From NCBI GenBank assembly GCA_002104945.1, contig MCFH01000038.1, positions 186,001 through 250,000 on the forward strand: a stretch of 64,000 bases of DNA. Direction: 5' to 3'. The position numbers and the translations under genes were made by a program. The notes under the pieces are model-generated. The model was not told the origin of the DNA. It searched no databases and worked only from the letters and a program-made list of their open reading frames with translations. The stretch is from Piromyces finnis finn (lineage: Eukaryota > Fungi > Neocallimastigomycota). Numbering within the stretch: position 1 is the first letter of the stretch; each line of letters opens with the position of its first letter. Of this stretch, positions 38,638-49,981 are shown piece by piece.

Positions 38638-41312
38638 ATGAAAGGTCTTGAAAACATGAGGATATATTTTATCCTTTTATTTTCATTATATTTCTTAATA
38701 GCTACAAGTAAAACCATTTTGACACAGGAAAATAATCAGTACAATGGAATATTACATTTAAATCAATATAAAACTTATTTATATGAAAGAATAGATTCTA
38801 ATAAAAAAGAAAATGATGCCGTAAAAAATTTTTCATATATAGTGACAACCAATAGTACTATATCAACATATTTATTTTCAAATGATCAGTATAAAACATG
38901 GGAAAGTACCATAAATGAATTAATAAACAAAAAGGATAATGCAACTACCATTGAATCTATTTTAAGTAAAAACGACACAATAAATCATATTCATTGGTGT
39001 GATTGTCCTGTAAGTATATCTATTAAACATTAATTATTAAATTAAATTAAAATATTCATATTAATATTTTTAATTTCCAAAATTAAAAGACAAAGATTCA
39101 ATTATGTAAAATGACTCAATGTGATATTAAGGAAGAAAAGGTTTATTTAGTTATTTTTGGATATATAGATACAATTTCATATGAATTATCAGATACAAAA
39201 GGTGACTTCAATCTAAAAAAAATTATGACTAATAATGAAAAGCCAAATTCAACTGATTTTGTCCGTCCTACTGATTTTACGGGTAAAGCTTATAAAACTA
39301 GTTTTATTGGTATGACTGATAATGATGAGGATTCTAAAATCCATGATCCAGAAGAAGAAAATGATATTTTCAAAAAAATGATTTATATCGCTCTCATTGT
39401 TATTCCTTCCATTGTCATTTTCTTAATATTGATTTTTATTTATTGTCATCGTGGTTATAAAATTGGAAAGAAAGAAAAAGATAAGCTCTACAATCCAAAA
39501 GAAGAAGACAAAAGTTTAAAATTTCAATCATTTTCTGAAAATGGTAAATCAAAGAAAAAAAATAATCATCTAAGTGATTCCACTACATTTCGTAATGATC
39601 ATAGCAAAATTTCTGGGTTAAATAGTTATTCTCATTCAAAAAGTGCTAACACCCTTTATGGTAATAGTATGGAACAAGGAAATCTCTATAATGAAAATGA
39701 ATCTGCCTCTATATCTTCTAGTTTTAGTGAAGAGCCCTTTGGTGGAAAATATATTTCTAAAAAACTTGATAAACCATTAAATGAAAATGCTTATCCTCAA
39801 GCAAATATTAATATTCCTTATAACAATAATTCATACACAGAAAATAGTCACTCGTTAATCAGTAATCGAAATAGTAGAAATATATCAAGAACAATGGATG
39901 AAAAAAGTGAAGATATCGTTAATACAAGCATTGGTCATATAGAAGGTGAAGAATTCGACAATACAAAGAATATATATATAAAAATAAATCGTAGTACAAA
40001 TAAATATAACACTGAAGAATATCTCAAAGAAGATAGTATTAATAAAATAAAAGAAAAGCACTCTTGCATTACCCAACTTTCCCATTTCTTTAATGAAAAT
40101 AAAGACGCTGCTAGTGTGAATGATTGTTCTTCTTCCTCTTCTTCAAAAATCAACTCTAATAAAACCGATTCCATTAGTAACCCCGATTCTTCTAATAATA
40201 TCAATAATAATAGTGATAATGGCACCATTAATAGCAAGAAAAATAAAAATAAGCTTTTGAGCAACTATCTTGATAAACATATTGAAAGTATTAAATCCCT
40301 TGAAAATGAAAATGAAGACGAAGAATCATTTATTGAAGCAGATTTCAACAATAATAATTTAGATTTACTTTTGCCTTCATTGACTCAAGCTCAATCCCGA
40401 GCTCAAACCCATATTCCAAATTCTAATACATTAAATACTTTTAAAAGTAGAAATATTTCCACAAATACCTTTGGTAATTCCTTTTCCTCAGATGAAACGG
40501 AAACTAATCCTAGTTCACCATTAACACCACCTCATAATCCTACAATTACTACATCAAAAAGTAATAATAAGGGTCATATTTTGGGTAGATTAATTTATAC
40601 CTTTTACTATTCTAGTTCCCGAATTCTTAATGTGGATGAAATTGTTAAAATTAAAAAAGTATACGAAAATAATTGGGCTAGAGTGGAAAGAAATCCAAAT
40701 GAATTCTTTATTATACCACTCTTAGTTATAAGTACGTCATTTGAAGATTTACGTCTATTTAAAATGCGTTGTCGTAAACGTAGAACAAAAGTGGATAAGG
40801 AAGATATGAAGATTAATGAAAGAGTTGAACCTACTCCTGAATACTTATATAATTGTGCCTATATTTCTGGTAAGGATTTCCAAAAAATGAAACATAATGT
40901 TAAATGGTTAAATCTTATTAAATCTCTAGATTTTACCTTTACACAAACACAATACAGTATGGTCACACCATCATCTTCAAAACCTCAATCCCCTACTCTT
41001 CCAACAACTATTCATCATTCATCACAAAATCTTCATCCGAAAAAAAATATAAAGGTAGATCTTCAACAATTTATGGATTCCACTTCAAAAAATAATTCAT
41101 TCCAAAAACATCAAATCAATAAAGATAATGTTCCAGATACCACAAAAAAATTAAATACTTCCTTTAAGAATTCTTTCTTAGATCGAATGGATGTTAGCGT
41201 TTCTTCTTCTCAGGATGATATTGACATTAAAGATCAATTTAAAGTAACTAATAAAGAGGATGAAGAATTTTATCATTTTGAAAATATTTCAGATCCTGGA
41301 ATAACAAATTAG
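38638..41312 (+). CDS. Type-I membrane protein of unknown function (exons 38638-39009 and 39090-41312)
   Basis: Hydrophobic signal peptide. A GTAAGT...AG phase-0 intron joins the two tracked ORFs. One TM helix (MIYIALIVIPSIVIFLILIFIYC), then a long S/N-rich cytosolic part with a possible degenerate SH3-like segment. Confidence 0.75.
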
Positions 41313-42399
41313 TTTTAATATTATCCATGCTAAGATTAATTCTAAATAATTTAAGTTTGTTTATTTGATTATTTAAAAAAAAAAAGAGTTTTATAAATTT
41401 CCAATACTTTTTTTTTTTTACAATTTAGTAATTTAATTTTTTCATTGATACAATTGGATAAATATTAATATAAATTAAATAGCATACCTATATATAATAA
41501 AAACAAATAATATTTAAAAATGATTAACTATTCATATCAATTTTATATAGATTTTATATATATATATATATATATATTACTATTTGATAATTGCTTTATA
41601 ATTATATTTTTAAAGATTTTTATATTTCTTATTTTTTAACATAAATTTAATTTTATGAATATAATTATAAATACCAATAAATAATATATTCTATTAGAAA
41701 AAAAAAAAAAGTATTTATTATTTTTTTTATATTATATTATATAATAATAATAATAATAATAAATAAATAAAAAAAAGCCTAAATCATACTACAAGAACAA
41801 TGATTTGTAGCAAAAGAAAAAGGTTTATCGTAGTATTTATTAAATATTATAGTTGTTAAAAGGTAAAGTTGATGTTTCCATGAGGAGTAAATATTTTGGG
41901 ATTACAATCTTTTTTAAATTTTAAGTCAAATAATAAAGTGATAAACAAAAAAAATTATTGTTATGAAAGAATAAGGCGCTAAATAATTAATTAAAAAAAA
42001 ACGTTTCCAATATTTAAATAAAATTAAATTTTTGTATGAAATAGTTTTAACTAATTTGTATAGTTATGTTGTTAATAAAGTAAAATTAACAAAAATAAAA
42101 TATATATATTTATATATAATGTAGATATGTATTTAAAATATTTTTTTTTTTTTAATGCTAATATTTTTATTATTATTATATTAACGTTTTTCAAATATCA
42201 TTTTTTATAATACTACTAATATACAAATATTTAAAATCTATTTAAATCTCTATCAAATTAATATAGAGTTTTGAAAATACACATATAGATAAGGAAAACG
42301 ATAGTAAAATTTTCAAATTAATTAATATATTATTTATATATCTTTTTATAAAATATTTCTATATATAATTCAATATGCATAGTATAATACAGTTTATTT

Positions 42400-45015
42400 A
42401 AATATTATCAATTAGATAATATTTACTTAGTACCAACGCCATTGGTTGTTGTTGTTGTTGTTGTTCCATTGATTCCATTGATTGTTGTTGTTGTTGTTGT
42501 TATTCCATTGATTCCATTGATTGTTGTTGTTGTTGTTGTTGTTCCATTGATTCCATTGATTGTTGTTGTTGTTGTTATTCCATTGATTCCATTGGTTGTT
42601 GTTGTTGTTGTTCCATTGATTCCATTGATTATTGTTGTTACCTTGGTCCCATTGGTTCCATTGATTGTTGTTGTTGTTATTCCATTGATTACCTTGATCA
42701 AAAGTAACACCTTGATTACCATTAGATTGTGGTGGGGCTTGTTGAGTTGGGGCTCCTCCTGCATTACCTCCTGCATTACCTCCATTACCTTGACCAATGT
42801 AAACTTTAGCATATGGGAAATCTGCGGTACCACTAGTACCTGCTCCATTACTACCTGCTTCTCCTAAAACTTTAGCTTCATGCATTTTACCCATAGTCAT
42901 ACCAAGCTTTTCCCATTGAGCAAAGTGAGCTGAAATATCAATTGTACCACAATCACGTGGGGTTTGACGAATACTAAAGTATTGTTTGAATTGAGTATCA
43001 CCATCAATAGATGGTCCAAAACGAGTGTTTTCAAAAACTGTGTATTGAGCACCATCAATGGTGAAATCACCATGTTTCTTATTACCAACCCAATCACCTG
43101 GACGATATTGACTAAGCCAGTTATCAACAATGTAGAATTCTACAAGTGGATTTCTGGTCCAACCGTAGATACCAACATAGGAATAATCGACATTGGCAAT
43201 GTTTTGCTTGACAAGTTTGAAGTCAGCATACATGTGACCAATTTGAGAATGAGATTGAGTACTGTCGAAGGAAAGACCGGAACGACATAAATAATCCTTA
43301 GCATTAGAGAAAGAACAAGAGAAAGAACCATCAGAATAGAAAGTAGCACTGTTATTACCACTATCAGCCCACATTTCATAACCAACACCACCAATGGAAC
43401 CAACCTTATTTCCGGTTTCCTTAACACTTTGACCAGAGTGAGAAGCACTGCTACAGAAACTTTGAGCTAAAGCAGAAGTAGCAAAAGATAAAGCAACTGG
43501 AATGAATTGACTGAATTTCATTTTTTATTATATATACAAATATTTAAAATTATTTAAAATTTAAATTTTATTTTTTATTAATTCAATTAATAAGTAATTA
43601 TAATAAGTAATTATAATACAATTAAAATGATACTATAATAAGAAATATTAATAAATATTAATACTAATGAATTAAAAAAAAAAGAATGAATTGATAAATT
43701 TGAAGGAAAAATTTGAAACTATTTATACAATGAAATTTAAATCATCTCTACTAATCCTTTTTTGAAAATATTTTAAAAATTTCATTTATAAGCAGATTTA
43801 AATTAAAAATTCTAGATTTTAATTTATTTTCTCTAGGAAATACAATAATAATTTAAGTTTCAAATGAAAATAATTTATATTAAAATTTATGGTATTTATG
43901 GAGACATAGGAAGAGATAGGTTTAAAAAAAATATTAAATTCTAAACAAAAAGAAATAATAATAATATTTGATATTATGAAAATTATCCCAATAAAAAACT
44001 ATTAAACTTCACATTAACTCAATCGATTTAATATAAATGATTTACTTTTTTTTTTTTTTTAATTAAAAAGGTAGATATAAAAAATCAATAGTAATATAGA
44101 TAGAGAGATATTTTGAATAACTTGTACGAATTTATTTCTTTTCTTTTAATGTATAGTGAATGAGTATATAATAAAGGTATAGTAAAAGTATATTAAATAT
44201 TATATAAATATTAAATATTATTTTAATCGTATTTATCATTTTATCACATCCCATCCTAACAAAAGTATTCATAAAATATTTTATTCAATAACGGCATGCA
44301 TTTAAAAAAAATATTAACAAAACCAACATTATAAAACATTTGTACAACAACCAAGTTCTTTGATATTTTTTAAAATTAGTTATAAATGGTTACACACTAA
44401 TAATATTGAAAAATAAACCAATAACTATTTTTTATATATATATATATATTTAAAATTTAAATAAATTTTTAATTATTCTTTATTTATTTTTATTTTTATT
44501 ATTTTTATTATTATGAGTAAACAATTTCTTTTTTCTATTTTATAAGGTTTGCTTTATAAACTTTATACCTTTTGGGTTTTTAATGTTTATTAATATCAGA
44601 TATTAAAAAGTTGAAACTTTTCTAATATAATAAATTAAATGTTAACAGTTTAATAGATTTGTTGTTTTCTTTAAATTTTAATTTAAAAAATAGTCTATTT
44701 TTAGTATCCTACTTTGTTTAATCTTTCTAAAGTTTTTAATAGTTAAACCTAAATAGTTTTATTTATAAATATTAATATATAATATGAATTTTTTCAACAA
44801 ACCATTAAAAAAAGTTCATCATCATATTATTATTCTAATTATTAAACTTTTCTTTCATCATAAAAAAATATTAAAATATATTATCATAAATCATAAATCT
44901 ATAATAATAAATTAATAAATAAAATAATTATTTGAAAAGTTAAAAATTTGTGACAACTTTAACAACAATATTTAAATTTTATAAAAATTAAAGTTACATT
45001 ATAGTTCTCATACCA
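42400..45015. repeat. Direct segmental repeat, partner of about 61325-64000
   Basis: Xylanase copy 1 plus about 1.5 kb of upstream DNA matches copy 6 and its upstream DNA to the window end (45015 corresponds to 64000). Confidence 0.9.
42427..43521 (-). CDS. Secreted GH11 endo-1,4-beta-xylanase copy 1 (364 aa, type I N/Q/W tail, ends WRWY)
   Basis: Signal peptide. Catalytic domain closely resembles Neocallimastix XynA-type GH11 (YGWTRNPLVEFYIVDNW, HEAKVLGEAG). Intronless, no dockerin. Confidence 0.96.
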   Translation of the reverse strand: MKFSQFIPVALSFATSALAQSFCSSASHSGQSVKETGNKVGSIGGVGYEMWADSGNNSATFYSDGSFSCSFSNAKDYLCRSGLSFDSTQSHSQIGHMYADFKLVKQNIANVDYSYVGIYGWTRNPLVEFYIVDNWLSQYRPGDWVGNKKHGDFTIDGAQYTVFENTRFGPSIDGDTQFKQYFSIRQTPRDCGTIDISAHFAQWEKLGMTMGKMHEAKVLGEAGSNGAGTSGTADFPYAKVYIGQGNGGNAGGNAGGAPTQQAPPQSNGNQGVTFDQGNQWNNNNNNQWNQWDQGNNNNQWNQWNNNNNNQWNQWNNNNNNNQWNQWNNNNNNNNQWNQWNNNNNNNNQWNQWNNNNNNNQWRWY

Positions 45016-45729
45016 TTAAAAAAAAAAAAAAAGATGAAAAAAAGACCGCAAAAAAAGAAACTTAATCCATTGAGTTTTAAAAGTCTTTCCAATAAAAAAA
45101 ATAATAAAAACATAAAGATTAATAAATTACAAATATATTTTTTATCTTAATATTACTAATGTATTAAATGTGTGAAGCTTTTTAATTCTTTTTCCTAGAC
45201 TATAAGTTTATTATAAAAAATTTTTATTTTTTTATTATAATCTAATTTAATATATCTTAACTTGTGGATTTCCACATGCTCAATAATTAATTTATGTTAT
45301 TAATTATATGTAATACAATAATATTATTATTTATTAATTTCTCGATAAATTAAATAATTTCTAAAATAATACTAAAATGGATTGCTAAATAACTAAACAA
45401 TAATAATAATAATAAGTTAATTTAATATGATTAAAAATAATAATTAGTTTCTATAATTTTTATTAAAATTCCTATTCAAAAAGGCCCTTTTTTCCGTATA
45501 TAGAAAATGTGTGTTCATCTTTCTTAGAATGCTTAAATCTTGATAATACTTTATTAATAATAAAATTTATTTAACCCTTAACTCTTTCTGAGTATACATA
45601 GAAGATAAAAAAATTTAATATTTAAATCAAGATGCTATCATAAATTTTCTATCTTAAACTGATTAAAAAAAAACAAACAAATTAAACCAATTTATTTTGA
45701 AAAAAAATAAAAAATTAACAAATTTTATC

Positions 45730-45900
45730 AATAAAAGAGAAAGAAGATGTGAAGCCCTTTTACATATTGCTTATGAAGCGCTACAGGTGTTACTCTGAAA
45801 AACAAAAAAGGTGTTACACCATTACATTATTTGAAACGAAAAAATTTTGCTAAATATTTAACAGAAAATGACTTGGATGATACCATTGAAAAAAAATAAT
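45730..45900 (+). pseudogene. Possible ankyrin-repeat gene remnant
   Basis: Frame-broken translation gives ...EALLHIAYEALQVLL* and NKKGVTPLHYL, resembling the G-x-TPLH ankyrin consensus. Short and not verified. Confidence 0.4.
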
Positions 45901-46016
45901 AAACGATCGTTTAATGGTCAAAGAAGAAAAAAAGTTAAATTGTCATGAATCATATTCATCATAATATTCAATTAAAAAAAAAATTGAATCTTGGCCACCA
46001 TAGAATAATATAGGAA

Positions 46017-46119
46017 ATATATATACAAATACATAAACATAACTTAATATTATAGAAATTAATAATAATATATATACAAATACATAAACATAACTTAATA
46101 TTATAGAAATTAATAATAA
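46017..46119. repeat. About 51-bp tandem repeat, 2 copies plus a degenerate third
   Basis: atatatacaaatacataaacataacttaatattatagaaattaataata occurs twice in tandem. Confidence 0.8.
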
Positions 46120-47513
46120 GTAAAAACTATAAAGTAAAGATAATATATACAAAATACATAAATGTAACTTAAATAGAAAACATTAATAAATTTCATGATT
46201 ATCATTTTTAAAAATGAATCTTTTTAATATTTTATTTTGTTAAATTTAATATTTATTAAGAAAATAGAAATTAAGAAAAAATATTCTTATTCTTATTTTT
46301 AATTTTCACTTTTTACTTTATAATCTAATTATAATTTTATTTTTAACATCATACATTATAATCTATATTAGTATTAGTATGAAGAATAATATTATATATT
46401 ATTCTTTATAATTTTCATTATATATTGGCATTTATTTTATTTATATATTTATAAATATTTAAAATTAAACGATTTAGAATTATCATTAAAATCTATATCA
46501 CACTAATTAAAAATTATACTTTTTTTATTTAAACTATATATTTTCCTCATATAAAGATTAGAATAATCTCATTAATAATATAATGAGAAATGTTACCTAT
46601 TTCAACATTTCTCATTCTTAATTCATTTATCATTATATAAATTATATGACCTGTACCATACGATCAATTTGATAATGTAACCATAAATGAACACTTATGG
46701 CCAAAAAAAGAAGAATAATTATTTCTTTGTGTAATTTGTGTAATTGGCTTACATGCCGTTATATAGTTCTATATGTCACCACATATACCATATTAATCTT
46801 TTTCATCTCTTTTAAGGTTCTACAAAAAATTAAATATCATCATGTATAATTAGTTAATATTATAGATGGCGGATTAAATAATATTATTTAATATTATTTT
46901 ATAATCATCATAATAATGAAAATAATAAATATTATCATTAAATTTAATTTAATAAAAAGATATTAATTACTTTATAAACTCTGTTTTAAATTTATGCTTT
47001 TAATTTATTAATTTAATATATATATATAAAAGTTTATACTTTCTATATTATTACCTTTTAGTATTGATATATAAGCATGTGGTTTAATTTTTATTTATTT
47101 TATTAAATATTATTTTTTTAAAAAAATAAATAAATAATAGAGTTCCATATAAATCTCCTTTTCAATATTAGATAAAGTTTACATAACTAATTTAAAAATA
47201 CTCGAATAGATGTTACGATTAATTTTTATTAATGAAATTTTACTGATATTTATTTTTTAATTTTTATTGAAATACCAATAATTTTTTAAAATAAAATTTT
47301 AATATACTTTAATAAAGAAACATATAAATAGAGAATTTTCTCTTCAAATTACAATGTATAATATCATAATAATTGTATAAAATAAATCATTATAAATTAT
47401 AAAAAAAACTCTCTTTTGTATTATATTAATTCATTGTAAATTATTATTATAATTTATTTAAAATTTAATTTTAATTATTTGTGAAAAAAAAAAAAATTAA
47501 TAAAATAATAAAA

Positions 47514-48722
47514 ATGAAATTCAGTCAATTCATTCCAGTTGCTTTATCTTTTGCTACTTCTGCTTTAGCTCAAAGTTTCTGTAGCAGTGCTTCTCACTCT
47601 GGTCAAAGTGTTAAGGAAACCGGAAATAAGGTTGGTTCCATTGGTGGTGTTGGTTATGAAATGTGGGCTGATAGTGGTAATAACAGTGCTACTTTCTATT
47701 CTGATGGTTCTTTCTCTTGTTCTTTCTCTAATGCTAAGGATTATTTATGTCGTTCCGGTCTTTCCTTCGACAGTACTCAATCTCATTCTCAAATTGGTCA
47801 CATGTATGCTGACTTCAAACTTGTCAAGCAAAACATTGCCAATGTCGATTATTCCTATGTTGGTATCTACGGTTGGACCAGAAATCCACTTGTAGAATTC
47901 TACATTGTTGATAACTGGCTTAGTCAATATCGTCCAGGTGATTGGGTTGGTAATAAGAAACATGGTGATTTCACCATTGATGGTGCTCAATACACAGTTT
48001 TTGAAAACACTCGTTTTGGACCATCTATTGATGGTGATACTCAATTCAAACAATACTTTAGTATTCGTCAAACCCCACGTGATTGTGGTACAATTGATAT
48101 TTCAGCTCACTTTGCTCAATGGGAAAAGCTTGGTATGACTATGGGTAAAATGCATGAAGCTAAAGTTTTAGGAGAAGCAGGTAGTAATGGAGCAGGTACT
48201 AGTGGTACCGCAGATTTCCCATATGCTAAAGTTTACATTGGTCAAGGTAATGGAGGTAATGCAGGAGGTAATGCAGGAGGAGCCCCAACTCAACAAGCCC
48301 CACCACAATCTAATGATAATCAAGGAGCTAACTTTGGAGGTCAAAATCAATGGAACCAAGGTAACAACAATCAATGGAACCAAGGAGGTAATCAAGGAGG
48401 TAACCCATGGGACCAAGGTAACAACAATCAATGGAACCAAGGAGGTAATCAAGGAGGTAACCCATGGGACCAAGGTAACAACAATCAATGGAACCAAGGA
48501 GGTAATCAAGGAGGTAACCCATGGGACCAAGGTAACAACAATCAATGGAATAATAACAACCAATGGAACAACAACAACAACAACAATCAATGGAATCAAT
48601 GGGACCAAGGAAACAACAATAATCAATGGAATAATAATAACCAATGGAACAACAACAACCAATGGAATCAATGGAATCAAGGAAACAACAACCAAGGTGG
48701 TAATCCATGGCGTTGGTGGTAA
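47514..48722 (+). CDS. GH11 xylanase copy 2 (402 aa, type II tail with three 19-aa units, ends WRWW)
   Basis: True ATG is 11 codons inside the tracked ORF. Same catalytic domain as copy 1. Confidence 0.96.
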   Translation: MKFSQFIPVALSFATSALAQSFCSSASHSGQSVKETGNKVGSIGGVGYEMWADSGNNSATFYSDGSFSCSFSNAKDYLCRSGLSFDSTQSHSQIGHMYADFKLVKQNIANVDYSYVGIYGWTRNPLVEFYIVDNWLSQYRPGDWVGNKKHGDFTIDGAQYTVFENTRFGPSIDGDTQFKQYFSIRQTPRDCGTIDISAHFAQWEKLGMTMGKMHEAKVLGEAGSNGAGTSGTADFPYAKVYIGQGNGGNAGGNAGGAPTQQAPPQSNDNQGANFGGQNQWNQGNNNQWNQGGNQGGNPWDQGNNNQWNQGGNQGGNPWDQGNNNQWNQGGNQGGNPWDQGNNNQWNNNNQWNNNNNNNQWNQWDQGNNNNQWNNNNQWNNNNQWNQWNQGNNNQGGNPWRWW

Positions 48723-49756
48723 TCATGAAGGCAAAAATGTTAAATTTCAAAGATTATTATATTGTTCTCATCCTTGAAGTCATTATTGAATGAAAAAAAT
48801 AAATTATTTTTTAAAATAGAAATGGAAAATATTATTTTTAGTTTTTTTTATTATTAGAAAAGAATTAATATATATTTTTGTAATATATTTATATAAAGTT
48901 ATAAACTTATTTTATTAATGAAATAAAGTAAAATAATTTTTGAGTTGTATATAAGTAACCAAATAACGTAGATACAATAAAATAGAATAATATAAATAAT
49001 AAAACCATAAATAAAACTGTTGCTAAAAAATTAAATACTGTTTTGTCTTGTTGACATTAGTATAATTTCAATTATAATATAGAATAGTGAAAAATCCTGG
49101 AATCCTGGCCTTACGTATCTTTTCTAAATCATCATTGATTATTTCTATATTAGAAATAATAATAAAATAAAATATTTATTACTATTAATAATAAAGTAAA
49201 TTAATGATTAAATATAATAAAGTTTTTACAAAAGTAGTTAAAATAAAATGTTCAAAGTAAGCTTTATTTTAAATTGTAATTTATATTAGTATTATTATAT
49301 TAGTATTATTAGAATTCGGATATGATTATAGTAAAAGTATAAAAGTAATTCATTCATTTTAATGAAATTTATTTTAATACAATATATCGTTTTCATTTAT
49401 TTTTACTTTTTTTTTTCATTAAAAATTTAATAAGAATTGTAATGAGTTATGATGATTAAAGTTGATAAAGCATCAAATTCATATATAAATCATTATTTTT
49501 AAAATTAAAGTGCTTAATAATGTGAGAAATCATTTGATTTGTTGTTACAGTTAATATATCAATTTCATTAATTTGAAGAATATTCATTGATAATGAAATT
49601 ATAATATATTTTAATATTATTTATTAATAAGAACTTGAAATTTTAATAATAAATAATTATTCATATTCCTTATAACATTTAAATTTTAATTAAACTAAAA
49701 TAAATATTATTATTAGGCATGTTTAAATTTTAATAATGTTTTCTTAATCCCATTAA

Positions 49757-49950
49757 TTTCATTGACGGTTGTTATCTTAGTTCTGTTGATTGTCTTGACC
49801 TCCAAAATTAGCATCTTGATAGCCATTATATTCTTTTTGAGTTGAATTTCCTCCGGTATTACTTACATTGCCTTGTACAATGTATATTTTAACATAAGGA
49901 GAAATGGTTATATCACAAGTCCTGGCACCATTATTACTAATTTCTCCTAT
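49757..49950 (-). pseudogene. Decayed GH11 xylanase fragment (catalytic C-terminus, linker, start of type II tail)
   Basis: Translates IGEISNNGARTCDITISPYVKIYIVQGNVSNTGG...NGYQDANFGGQDNQQN*, aligning to LGEAGSNGAGTSGTADFPYAKVYIGQGNGGNAGG...NDNQGANFGGQNQWNQ. Confidence 0.82.
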
Positions 49951-49981
49951 TAATATATTTCTAATAATTTCAATATATTAT

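Noticed and set aside
42427-42441. C-terminal WRWY matches the start of the synthetic antibacterial peptide WRWYCR
   Set aside because: A four-residue match to a library-derived peptide, with no cleavage site or other evidence of release. Treated as coincidence.
47481-47513. N-terminal extension MKKKKINKIIK on copies 2, 3 and 4
   Set aside because: It starts at a GTG in an A-rich 5' UTR. Copies 1, 5 and 6 show the ATG of MKFSQ is the start.
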